Origin: an uncultured delta proteobacterium
GTDB lineage: Bacteria; Desulfobacterota; Binatia; HRBIN30; BPIQ01
NCBI GenBank assembly: GCA_963761335.1
Contig: CAVXGR010000012.1
Location: 96,001-160,000, forward strand
Direction of reading: 5' to 3'
DNA: 64,000 bases
Shown: piece by piece, positions 55,349 through 64,000 of the stretch
Numbering within the stretch: the stretch's first letter is position 1
Layout of the letters: the number at the start of each line of letters is the position of its first letter
Position numbers and translations under genes: made by a program
The notes under the pieces: model-generated
Told to the model about the DNA's origin: nothing
The model's input: only the letters and a program-made list of their open reading frames with translations
Databases searched by the model: none

Positions 55349-56080
55349 GTGAGCAAGATCTACGAAGCTCTGAAGAAAGCCGAGCAGGAGAGAGAGCAGT
55401 CGCGCTCCTCTCGACTGGATCTGGTGCCGGCCCTGGGGGAGGCCCCGCCGCCGCCGGACGTCGACGAGGAGTACCAGAAGCTGCGGGCCAACCTGTTGAC
55501 GGCGCTCGGGCCGGCCTCGATGCGCACCATCCTGGTGACCGCGCCCCGCCACCACGAGGGCGCCACCACGGTGGCTCTCGGCCTCGCCTCGGCGCTGGCC
55601 AAGGAGAGGGACGCGCGGGTGCTCCTGATCGAGGCCAATCTGCGCAGCCCGGCGCTGGAGCGCGCCACGGGGATTCCCCACAACGGCGGCCTCGCCCAGC
55701 TCCTCGAAGGCCGCCAGGCCGAAGAGGCGATCATCACTCGTGTCGACGCCCTCAATCTGTCGCTGGTGCCGGCCGGCGAGACCACGCGCGGCGCCATCGC
55801 CACCTACGATTTCGAGATTCTCGGTGAGATGCTGACCCGGCTGCGCCCGCAGTACGATTTCGTCGTCATCGACAGCCCGCCGGTGAACCAGTACGCCGAC
55901 GCCTCCATCCTCGGCACCAAGGTCGACGGCGTCATCCTCGTGGTCGAGGCGGATCGCACTCCGGTCCTCGAGGCGGAGGCCGCCAAGCGCCAGCTGGAGC
56001 GCGTCGGCGCCCGCATCCTGGGCGTGGTGCTCAACCGCAAGCGCTCGTACATCCCGGCTTTCCTCGAGAGCCTCCTCTAA
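55349..56080 (+). CDS. CpsD/CapB-like BY-kinase domain, degenerate
   Basis: MSKIYEALKKAE, EGATT (Walker A lacking Lys), LIEANLR, VIDSPP, DGVILVV, GVVLNR. Confidence 0.85.
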   Translation: MSKIYEALKKAEQEREQSRSSRLDLVPALGEAPPPPDVDEEYQKLRANLLTALGPASMRTILVTAPRHHEGATTVALGLASALAKERDARVLLIEANLRSPALERATGIPHNGGLAQLLEGRQAEEAIITRVDALNLSLVPAGETTRGAIATYDFEILGEMLTRLRPQYDFVVIDSPPVNQYADASILGTKVDGVILVVEADRTPVLEAEAAKRQLERVGARILGVVLNRKRSYIPAFLESLL

Positions 56081-56101
56081 TAAAAGAGTTCGCAGAGCTC
56101 G

Positions 56102-57544
56102 ATGCAACGCAGTGTCGCCATATCACGTCCCCTGGATCTGAACCGCGGAGAGATGCTGCCGCTGCTCGCCGCCTTCCTGCTGGTGGCGGCACTCGCGGTC
56201 TGCAATCTCACCGACAACGCCAACCTGGGGATCGCCCTGCTGATCGCGCCGGTCGGGGCGCTGCTGATCCTGCAGCGGCCGGAGTACGGCGTCATCATCA
56301 TGTTCTCGTCGTTCCTGGTGACCTACCCGAAGGCCCTCGCGGGCAGCGGCATGTTCACCCTGAACAACGCGCTCGCCGGTCTGCTCGGGCTGCTGCTGGT
56401 GCTGCGCATGGTGCGCGACGGCGACTGGTCGTTCCTCCGCCGCCGCGAGGTGCTGATCCTCGCCGCCATCGGGGCCATCTATCTGCTGTCCCGCTGGTGG
56501 CACCAACCCGACTCGCTGACCATGTCGCTGGCCAGCGACGAGCTGCGCGCCGGCGACCAGGATCCGGCGCGCATGTGGATCAACCGCTTCCTCTTCTTCA
56601 CGTTCTTCGTGGCCTTCGTGCATTCCAGCTCCAACGTCCGCACGCTCTTCACTCTGACGATCACCCTCATGGTGCTCTCCAGCATGGCGGGCATCTGGTA
56701 CGTGATCGCCGGCTGGGGGTTCGCCGGCTACCGCGCCCGCTCCGCCTTCTTCATCGGCACGGCCGGCAACCCGAACCGCATGGGCCTGTTCGCGGTCATC
56801 GCTTTCGCGGCACTGTGGTACCTGGCGCAGCGGCGGCCGAGCGGCCTGATGTACGCCATCGTGCTGCCCCTGATGGCGATCACGGTGCTGTCGGTTTTCA
56901 TGACCGGCTCGCGCAGCAGCGTCGCCGGGCTGGCTCTGGGCTCGACCATTCTCTTCCTCGAGGGCGGCGTCTCGGTGCGCAAGATCGGCGTGGTCCTGCT
57001 CGCCGGCGTCATGGCGATCGGCCTGATCTCGCGGATGGCGCCGGAGAAGAGCGTGGAGCGGGCCACCGGCGGCGGCGGCGACACCGACCTCGGATCGGGC
57101 TCGTATGAGCGGCGCGCCTACGGGGCCGGCTTCGCGTTCGAGCTGGCGGGCGACAACCCGATCTTCGGCGTCGGCATCGGCAATTGGGAGATCACCCGCT
57201 ACCTCGCGGACCCGGCGCACACCACCGCACCGCCGCACAGCTCCTATCTGCTGGCCCTGGTGGAGGGCGGCGTCGTCACCCTCTCGCTGTACCTGGCGCT
57301 GCTCGGCATGACCATGCAGAACTTCATCCGCTTCGAGGCCGGCGTGCGCAGCGGCCTGATCCCCAAGCAGATGCACTGGATGGCCAGCACCATGCGCACC
57401 GGCTTTGTCGTCTTTCTCTTCTTCTCGCTGGTGGGCGACCTCTGGCTGCACATCATCTTCTACTGGTTCATCGGACTCGGCGTGGCCATGCGCCACCTCC
57501 TGGAGAAGGCCGAGCGCGGCAGTGCCGCGGAGGTGTTCGCATGA
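56102..57544 (+). CDS. Wzy/O-antigen ligase-family polymerase
   Basis: Multi-TM, NPN, TGSRS, PIFGVGIGN, PHSSYL..EGG. Confidence 0.85.
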   Translation: MQRSVAISRPLDLNRGEMLPLLAAFLLVAALAVCNLTDNANLGIALLIAPVGALLILQRPEYGVIIMFSSFLVTYPKALAGSGMFTLNNALAGLLGLLLVLRMVRDGDWSFLRRREVLILAAIGAIYLLSRWWHQPDSLTMSLASDELRAGDQDPARMWINRFLFFTFFVAFVHSSSNVRTLFTLTITLMVLSSMAGIWYVIAGWGFAGYRARSAFFIGTAGNPNRMGLFAVIAFAALWYLAQRRPSGLMYAIVLPLMAITVLSVFMTGSRSSVAGLALGSTILFLEGGVSVRKIGVVLLAGVMAIGLISRMAPEKSVERATGGGGDTDLGSGSYERRAYGAGFAFELAGDNPIFGVGIGNWEITRYLADPAHTTAPPHSSYLLALVEGGVVTLSLYLALLGMTMQNFIRFEAGVRSGLIPKQMHWMASTMRTGFVVFLFFSLVGDLWLHIIFYWFIGLGVAMRHLLEKAERGSAAEVFA

Positions 57545-58422
57545 GCGCCATCGCCTTCTCGCAGTTCCTGCGGCGGCTCGGGCATCGGGTGGTCGAGGGG
57601 CCGTCGGGCGCCTGGTACGACGCCAGCCGCTTCTTCCTGCTCGGCATCCCCGGGCACGAGCTGCGGCGCCCGGGCGACGACGAGATTCGCCAGCTGCTGC
57701 GCCAGTGGCCGACTTTCGGATTGCGCTTCACCACGCCGCTCGACGGCGTCGGCAAGCTCAGCTACCAGATCGTCTGTGACGATTCGCAGTACCGGCTGGA
57801 GTCGCTCAGCGCCAACACCCGCAGCAAGATCCGCCGCGGCCTGCGCCGCTGCGAGATTCGCCAGGCGGCGCCCGCCGAGGTCGCGGTCGCCGGCCGGCGC
57901 GCCCACGACGACACGCTGGCCCGCCAGGGCCGCTCGGGGGTGCTCACCGGCGAGCGCTGGGACCGCTTCTGGGAGGCCGCCGCGGAGACCCCGGAGATGG
58001 AGGTCTGGACGGCGTGGGTCGAGGGCGAGCTGGCGGCCTTCGTGGTCACCGTGCTCTTCGGCGACTGCATCGAGTACATGCTGGCGCGTTCGCGCACCGA
58101 CTCGCTCGGTGCCTATCCGAACAATGCGCTGCTGTTCACCATGACCGAGGAGATGCTCTGCCGCCGCCGGCTGCGCGAGGTCACCTTCGGCCTCGAGTCG
58201 CTCGAGCCGGTGGCGCCGCTCGATCAGTTCAAGTTCTCCCTCGGCTTCCGCACCAAGCCGCTGCGTCAGCGCGTCGTCTTTCATCCGGCGATCGCCGCGG
58301 CGCTGCGGCCGCAACCGGTGCGAGCGCTCTGCCATCGCTGGGGCGCACAGGCGAAAGGGCAGGGGGTGTTCTGGCGCAAGGCGGCGGGCCTGCTGCGCTT
58401 CGCCGAGGAAGCGGGGCTCTGA
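57541..58422 (+). CDS. FemAB/GNAT-fold protein
   Basis: SANTRSKIRRGLR, YPNNALL, LDQFKFSLG. Confidence 0.72.
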   Translation: MSAIAFSQFLRRLGHRVVEGPSGAWYDASRFFLLGIPGHELRRPGDDEIRQLLRQWPTFGLRFTTPLDGVGKLSYQIVCDDSQYRLESLSANTRSKIRRGLRRCEIRQAAPAEVAVAGRRAHDDTLARQGRSGVLTGERWDRFWEAAAETPEMEVWTAWVEGELAAFVVTVLFGDCIEYMLARSRTDSLGAYPNNALLFTMTEEMLCRRRLREVTFGLESLEPVAPLDQFKFSLGFRTKPLRQRVVFHPAIAAALRPQPVRALCHRWGAQAKGQGVFWRKAAGLLRFAEEAGL

Positions 58423-59648
58423 TGGGCAGCGAGAGAGCCGGATCGATGTCCGCCATTGAAGCTGCACCCGCGCCGCAGACCGCTGACCACATGAAACGGC
58501 AGATCGCCTTTCACCGCCCGCCGATCGGCGAGGAGGAGATCGCCGCCGTCGTCGACACGCTGCGCTCGGGCTGGCTGACCATGGGTCCGAAGACGCGCGC
58601 CTTCGAAGAGGAGTTCGCAAGCGCCGTAGGCGCCCGCCATGCGGTGGCCGTGAGCTCGTGCACCGCGGCGCTGCACCTGGCCCTCAACGCCCTGGACCTG
58701 CACCCCGAGGACGAGGTCATCACCTGCACCTACACCTTCGCGGCCACCGCCAACGCCATCGTCCACGCCGGTGCCCGCCCAGTGCTCGCCGACTGCCACG
58801 AGAGCACCCTCAACATCGACGTCGAGGACGTCGCCCGCAAGATCACGCCGCGCACCCGCGCCCTCATCCCGGTGCACTTCGCCGGCCATCCGGCGGCCAT
58901 GGACGAGATCTCGGCGCTGGCACGCCAGCACGGCCTGACCGTCATCGAGGACGCCGCCCACGCGGTGCCCGCCTCCTACGGGGAGCGCATGATCGGGTCG
59001 ATCAGCGAGCTGACGGCTTTCAGCTTCTACGCCACCAAGAACCTGACCACGGGCGAAGGCGGCATGCTGACCACGGCGGACGACGAGCTGGCGGCGACGC
59101 TGCGCGTCCGCCGGCTGCACGGCCTCAGCTACGACGCCTGGAAGCGCTATACGGCGCAGGGCTCCTGGCGCTACGAGATCCTCTACCCGGGCTTCAAGTA
59201 CAACACCACCGACATCAACGCCGCCCTCGGCCTGGTGCAGCTGCGGCGCATGTACGAGCTGCGCGCGGCGCGCGCCGAACGGGCGCAGCGCTACATGGAG
59301 CGGCTGCGCGGCGTCCCCGGCCTCCGCCTGCCGACCGTGCTTCCGGGCATCGAGCACGCCTGGCACCTGTTCGTCGTGCAGATCGACCCGGAGCAGGTGT
59401 CGGTCAGCCGCGACCAGCTGATCGAGGACCTCAAGGCCGACGGCATCGGCACCAGCGTGCACTTCATTCCCGTGCACCTCCACCCGTATTACCGCGACAC
59501 CTACGGGCTGACGCCAGCGGCTCTGCCGCGCGCCTCCCGCGTCGCCGAGCGGGCGCTGTCCCTGCCCCTGTACCCCTCACTGGAACCGGCGGACATCGAC
59601 TACGTTGTAGACACTCTCGCTGCGCACCTGCGGCGGGCGAGGCGGTGA
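58422..59648 (+). CDS. DegT/DnrJ/EryC1/StrS sugar aminotransferase
   Basis: SGWLTMGP, AVSSCTAALH, IEDAAHA, FSFYATKNLTTGEGG, GFKYN, SLPLYP. Confidence 0.95.
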   Translation: MGSERAGSMSAIEAAPAPQTADHMKRQIAFHRPPIGEEEIAAVVDTLRSGWLTMGPKTRAFEEEFASAVGARHAVAVSSCTAALHLALNALDLHPEDEVITCTYTFAATANAIVHAGARPVLADCHESTLNIDVEDVARKITPRTRALIPVHFAGHPAAMDEISALARQHGLTVIEDAAHAVPASYGERMIGSISELTAFSFYATKNLTTGEGGMLTTADDELAATLRVRRLHGLSYDAWKRYTAQGSWRYEILYPGFKYNTTDINAALGLVQLRRMYELRAARAERAQRYMERLRGVPGLRLPTVLPGIEHAWHLFVVQIDPEQVSVSRDQLIEDLKADGIGTSVHFIPVHLHPYYRDTYGLTPAALPRASRVAERALSLPLYPSLEPADIDYVVDTLAAHLRRARR

Positions 59649-59652
59649 TACG

Positions 59653-61053
59653 ATGCTCAAACGCGCCTTCGATTTAGTCGTCGCTCTTCTGGGACTGCTG
59701 TTACTGCTGCCCCTCCTTCTCTTTCTCGCAGCGGTCATTCGCATCGACTCGACGGGGCCGGTCTTCTTTCGCCAGAAGCGCGTCGGCCGCGATGGTCAGA
59801 TATTCGAGATCTTCAAGTTTCGCACCATGGTGCACGGCGCCTACAAGATGGGGTCCCGCCTCACGGTCAAGCGCGATCCGCGCATCACCCGCGTCGGACA
59901 GATCCTGCGCTGGTTCAAGATCGACGAGCTGCCCCAGCTGATCAACGTTCTCGTCGGCGAGATGAGCCTGATCGGCCCGCGTCCCGAAGATCCCTACTTC
60001 GTGCGATTTTACAATGCCGAGCAGCGCCGCGTGCTCAGTGTCCGCCCCGGCATCCTCGGCCCGAGCCAGATCGAGGGCCGCGACGAGCTGGAGAGCTATC
60101 CCGAAGGGGTGGTGGACGCCGAGCGCTACTACGTCGAGCACATCCTGCCGGCGAAGCTGGCGCGCGACCTGGTGTACGTCCGCAAGGCCAGCTTCTTCGG
60201 CGACTTCCATCTGCTCCTGCACGGCCTCTGGGTGACCCTGGTGGGCGCCATCAAGACCAAGTTTCTGTGGCGCCGCCGCCGGCGTCTGCTGCTGATCGCC
60301 GCCGACATGCTGCTGGCGATGGCCTCCTTCGTGATCGCCTACATGGTCCGCTACGAATGGCAGCTACCGGCCGACCCGGGCTTCTTCCTGCAGCCGCTGC
60401 TGCTGATCGCGGTGATTCGCCCCCTGGCGCTCCTCTACTTCGGCGCCTACCAGGGAATCGCCGCCTACTACGGCCGCTGGGACTTCATGGCGGTGTTTCG
60501 CGCCGTCACCGTGGGCTCGCTGCTGGTGGCCGGCATGGCCTTCTTCACCGGTCTGCAGAAGTTCCCGCGCTCGGTGCTGGTGATCGACTGGGCCCTGCTT
60601 CTCTTCCTGCTCGGCGGCCTGCGCTACAGCCTGCGCATGTGGGTGCGCCGCCATCCGCGCCAGCGGCGGATGAAGCGCGAGAACGTCCTCATCGTCGGCG
60701 CCGGAGTGGGGGGCGAGCAGATCAGCCGTGCCCTCCTCGAGGATCCACTGGCGCCGTACCGCCCGGTCGGCTTCATCGACACCTCGCCGGATCGCTGGGG
60801 CTCGATGATCCACGGCGTCAAGGTTCTGGGCGGCAGCAGCGAGCTGCCCCTCGCCATCAATGCCAAGTCGGTGAAGACGGTGTTCGTCTGCCTGTCCGAT
60901 CTCGACGGGGTGCAGGTCGACGAGGTCACCGATCTCTGCCGGCGCGCCGGCGCCGAGTGCCGCTTCGTTCCAACTCTGACCGATCTGCTCAATGCAGACG
61001 CATTTTCCCCCGAGCATCAATTGATGCCGCAGCCGGCTGCGGCAGGTAGCTGA
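59653..61053 (+). CDS. Priming phosphoglycosyltransferase (PglC-like) fused to TM + CoA-binding-like domain
   Basis: [40 protein letters not shown], then 4 TM and VLIVGAG..PVGFID. Confidence 0.88.
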   Translation: MLKRAFDLVVALLGLLLLLPLLLFLAAVIRIDSTGPVFFRQKRVGRDGQIFEIFKFRTMVHGAYKMGSRLTVKRDPRITRVGQILRWFKIDELPQLINVLVGEMSLIGPRPEDPYFVRFYNAEQRRVLSVRPGILGPSQIEGRDELESYPEGVVDAERYYVEHILPAKLARDLVYVRKASFFGDFHLLLHGLWVTLVGAIKTKFLWRRRRRLLLIAADMLLAMASFVIAYMVRYEWQLPADPGFFLQPLLLIAVIRPLALLYFGAYQGIAAYYGRWDFMAVFRAVTVGSLLVAGMAFFTGLQKFPRSVLVIDWALLLFLLGGLRYSLRMWVRRHPRQRRMKRENVLIVGAGVGGEQISRALLEDPLAPYRPVGFIDTSPDRWGSMIHGVKVLGGSSELPLAINAKSVKTVFVCLSDLDGVQVDEVTDLCRRAGAECRFVPTLTDLLNADAFSPEHQLMPQPAAAGS

Positions 61054-61261
61054 GCCAGCGCTCAGCGGAATAAGAGAGGGCAGGGCGCCGACGGCCCAGC
61101 GGTGCAGTCGCTCGAGCGCCCGAATGTTACGAGATGATGACTTCGATTGCGGCTTCGGCATACGAGCTGCGAGACCGTGAAGGGGGGCCTTCAGGGTTTT
61201 CGGTCGAAGCATACGACCGGCCTGACAGCGACATGGATCGCGGGCTTTGAAAGGAGGAGAC

Positions 61262-62266
61262 ATGGCTGTAGATACCGTCTTGGTGACTGGCGGGGCGGGA
61301 TATGTGGGGTCGCATCTGACGCGGAAGCTGCTCGACCGCGGGCACCGGGTGCGCGTCCTCGACAACTTTCTCTACGGCGACCGTGGTCTGTCCGAGGTGC
61401 GGCACCACCCGCTGCTCGAGCTTCGCTACGGCGACATCTGCAATCCGCAGGACGTCGAGGACGCAGTGCGCGGCTGCCGCGGCGTCATCGCCCTCGCGGC
61501 CCTGGTGGGCGATGCCGCCTGCGAGGTCGACCCCGAGGAGGCCATGGCGATCAACTTCCGCTCCTCCCGCCTGATGGTCGAGACCTGCCGGCAGCAGAAG
61601 GTCGAGCGACTGGTCTTCGCCTCTTCTTGCAGCGTCTACGGCGCCAATGGCAGCAACATGCTGACCGAGGAGTCGCACCTCAATCCGGTTTCGCTGTACG
61701 CGCGGACGCGCATCATGTCGGAGGAGATCCTGGCCCAGGAGCGCGGCGACGTCGATATCGTCATTCTGCGCCTCGCCACTGTCTGTGGCCTGTCCCATCG
61801 CATGCGCTTCGACCTCATGGTCAACACCATTACCGCGCATGCCGTCATCGACGGCAAGATCAAGATCATCGGGCCCGGCCAGTGGCGGCCGCATCTGCAC
61901 GTGCAGGACGCCGCCGAAGCCTTTCGGCGGGCCGTCGAGGTGGAGCGCCGTCCGGCGGTGACGGTCTTCAACGTCGGCGACAACTCGCAGAACTTCACCA
62001 TCGCCGAGATTGCCGCCAAGGTCATGGAAGCCCTCCCGGGCACCGACGTGGAGTACTCCGAGGGTAACGGCGATCGCCGCAGCTATCGCGTCAGCTTCGA
62101 CCGGATCCGCGACCAGCTGGGCTTCACCTCTTCGCACTGCGTCGAGGACGCCATTCGGGAGGTCTCCGACCTGTTGCACGGTGACGCCATCCCGGACTAC
62201 AAGGCTCCCGTCTATCACAACGTCAAATACCTGCAGGCCAACGGCGTTCGACGCGCCGCTGTCTGA
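61262..62266 (+). CDS. NAD-dependent sugar epimerase/dehydratase
   Basis: VTGGAGYVGS, LAALVGD, ASSCSVYG, RFDLMVN, WRPHLHVQD; AGGAGG SD. Confidence 0.92.
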   Translation: MAVDTVLVTGGAGYVGSHLTRKLLDRGHRVRVLDNFLYGDRGLSEVRHHPLLELRYGDICNPQDVEDAVRGCRGVIALAALVGDAACEVDPEEAMAINFRSSRLMVETCRQQKVERLVFASSCSVYGANGSNMLTEESHLNPVSLYARTRIMSEEILAQERGDVDIVILRLATVCGLSHRMRFDLMVNTITAHAVIDGKIKIIGPGQWRPHLHVQDAAEAFRRAVEVERRPAVTVFNVGDNSQNFTIAEIAAKVMEALPGTDVEYSEGNGDRRSYRVSFDRIRDQLGFTSSHCVEDAIREVSDLLHGDAIPDYKAPVYHNVKYLQANGVRRAAV

Positions 62267-62292
62267 ACGAGAGACTTCTCCTCGCACGAACG

Positions 62293-63363
62293 ATGAGTAC
62301 GGAACCACTTCGCGTGGCAGTGGTCGGGTGCGGCCGCATCGCCGCCGTCCACTGCCGCTACATCAAGACCGTCCCCGGGGTGCAATTGGCGGCGGTCTGC
62401 GATCCCATCGAGGAATCGGCGCAACGCCTCGGGAACGCCTTCCAGGTCGCCGCTCGCTTCACGGATCTCGCCCGCATGCTCGCCGAGGTCGAGCCGGCTG
62501 CCGTCCATGTCCTCACGCCGCCGTCCACGCACGCCGAGGTCGCCATCGCGGCGATGGAGTCGGGCGCCCACGTGCTGGTGGAGAAGCCGATGACGGCGCG
62601 CGCCCCGGAGGCCGATCAGCTGCTGGCCGCCGCGGCGCGTACCGGCCGCACCGTCTGTGTCGACCACAATCGCTGGTTCGACCCGGTCATGCAGCAGGCC
62701 GCGGAGCTGCTGCGCTCCGGGGCTCTCGGCGAGCTCGCCGGTGCCGAGGTCTTTCAGGGCGCCGCCGTGGGCGAGGCCCAGGCGACCGCCGCCGGGGCGA
62801 CGCGCAACTGGCGCGCCGACATGCCCGGGGGCGTCATGCACGACCTGGCGCCGCACCCGGTCTATCTGCTGCGCAACCTGCTGGGGCCGATCCGCGACAT
62901 GCAGGTGATCGGCGTGACCAGCGGCGAGGTGCTCCAGGAGGTGCGCGCCGTGGCCGCGGGAACGCGCGCCGTCGGGGTCCTGTCGATCTCCATGCGCGCC
63001 CGCCCGATGATGAACACGGTGCGTCTGATCGGCACGCGACAGACCGCGGAGGTGAACCTGAACAACATGACGCTGATCGTTCGCCGCGAGCACGGCGGTC
63101 CCAAGCTCGCCAGCAAGGTGCTTCCCAACGTGGTCGAGGCCGGGCAGCTGCTGGCCTCCACGATCCGCAACGGCATCGCCTTCGCCACCGGCAAGCAGCG
63201 CTACTTCCCGGGGATGGGCGTGCTCATCGCCCGCTTCTACGAGCATCTGCGGCGCGGCACACCGCCGCCGACCACCGGCGAAGAGGGACGCGACGTGGTT
63301 CGCCTGCTCGACCAGATCTGGGCGGAGACGGCGGCGCCGTCGCCGCAGCGAGCCTTCGCATGA
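62293..63363 (+). CDS. Gfo/Idh/MocA oxidoreductase
   Basis: VVGCGRIA, TPPSTH, VLVEKP, DLAPH. Confidence 0.92.
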   Translation: MSTEPLRVAVVGCGRIAAVHCRYIKTVPGVQLAAVCDPIEESAQRLGNAFQVAARFTDLARMLAEVEPAAVHVLTPPSTHAEVAIAAMESGAHVLVEKPMTARAPEADQLLAAAARTGRTVCVDHNRWFDPVMQQAAELLRSGALGELAGAEVFQGAAVGEAQATAAGATRNWRADMPGGVMHDLAPHPVYLLRNLLGPIRDMQVIGVTSGEVLQEVRAVAAGTRAVGVLSISMRARPMMNTVRLIGTRQTAEVNLNNMTLIVRREHGGPKLASKVLPNVVEAGQLLASTIRNGIAFATGKQRYFPGMGVLIARFYEHLRRGTPPPTTGEEGRDVVRLLDQIWAETAAPSPQRAFA

Positions 63364-64000
63364 AGGTGCTGGTGACCGGCGCCACCGGCTTCCTCGGAGG
63401 CCTGGTGACGCGACAGCTGCTGCGCGAAGGCGATGTCGTCCGCGCGCTGGTGCGCCCCGGCCGCGACGGCGGCATTGCCGGCGTTGAGATCGCGCCCGGC
63501 GATCTCAAGGACGGCGGCGCCATTGTCGATGCGGTGCGCGGCGTCGATGCCGTAGTGCACTGCGGCGCTCGGGTGGCCACCACCGGGCCCTGGGCGGAGT
63601 TTGCTGCCGTCAACGTCGACGCCACCGGACAGCTGATCCGCGCTGCCGTCGATCAGGGCGTGCGGCGCCTCGTTCACGTCAGCTCGCTCAGCGTCTACGC
63701 CATCGACCGCGACGGCGCCTGCATCACCGAGGACAGCGCCTACGAAGACGGCGCCGAGGATCGCGGCTTCTACAGCCGTTCCAAGCTGGCCGCCGATCGA
63801 CTGTGCATGGAGGCCGCCGCCGCTGGCGCGCCGGTGACCGTGGTGCGTCCCGGTCTTCTCTACGGACCGGGTCGCCGGCCGCCGCTCGGGCGCCGCAGCG
63901 TGGCGGTCGGACGGCTGCGGCTGGTCCTCGGCAGCCCCGGCTATCTGCTGCCGCTGGCCTACGGGGACAATATCGCCGACGCCATCAGCCACGCCCTCCG
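63360..64000 (+). CDS. NAD-dependent epimerase/dehydratase, 5' part (runs off window end)
   Basis: MKVLVTGATGFLGG..GDL..VHVSSLSVY..YSRSK..VRPGLLYGPG. Confidence 0.9.
   Translation, partial: MKVLVTGATGFLGGLVTRQLLREGDVVRALVRPGRDGGIAGVEIAPGDLKDGGAIVDAVRGVDAVVHCGARVATTGPWAEFAAVNVDATGQLIRAAVDQGVRRLVHVSSLSVYAIDRDGACITEDSAYEDGAEDRGFYSRSKLAADRLCMEAAAAGAPVTVVRPGLLYGPGRRPPLGRRSVAVGRLRLVLGSPGYLLPLAYGDNIADAISHAL

Overview
High-GC bacterial chromosome segment, probably from a Deltaproteobacteria-like or Binatota-like organism. That placement is an inference from the valS-nadC-birA-coaX-EF-G2 synteny, several sigma54 regulators, Thr/Pro-rich Cys-containing surface proteins and F420 genes. The left ~14 kb is a patchwork. 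It holds acs (partial), a Thr-rich octapeptide-repeat surface protein, a pseudo-receiver/KaiC-like ATPase/hybrid-kinase module, a hypF relic plus NiCoT transporter and cysK, an LLM oxidoreductase, a nucleoside hydrolase, an archaeal-type AspRS, REP clusters, an MtnK-like kinase and two truncated SDRs fused to a damaged tRNA-Leu(CAG). The middle is mostly housekeeping: valS, nadC, birA, coaX, EF-G2, pepA, PTPS-III, rlpA with a ydaO-like structured leader, thiE, an NtrB/C-like pair and cofGHDE. The right ~26 kb starts with an unusual divergent sigma54 signalling cassette: a hybrid REC-kinase, two intact bEBPs, a pseudoREC-AAA+(no GAFTGA)-HisKA-dead HATPase fusion and a small ChpT-like pseudokinase. 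This cassette runs directly into an ExeA-LysM-SPOR ATPase, a NusG/RfaH paralog and a Wzy-type polysaccharide cluster that continues past the window end. The cluster includes AlkP-superfamily enzymes, a degenerate BY-kinase and a domain-permuted priming transferase. All calls come from reading motifs by eye; no database searches were run.
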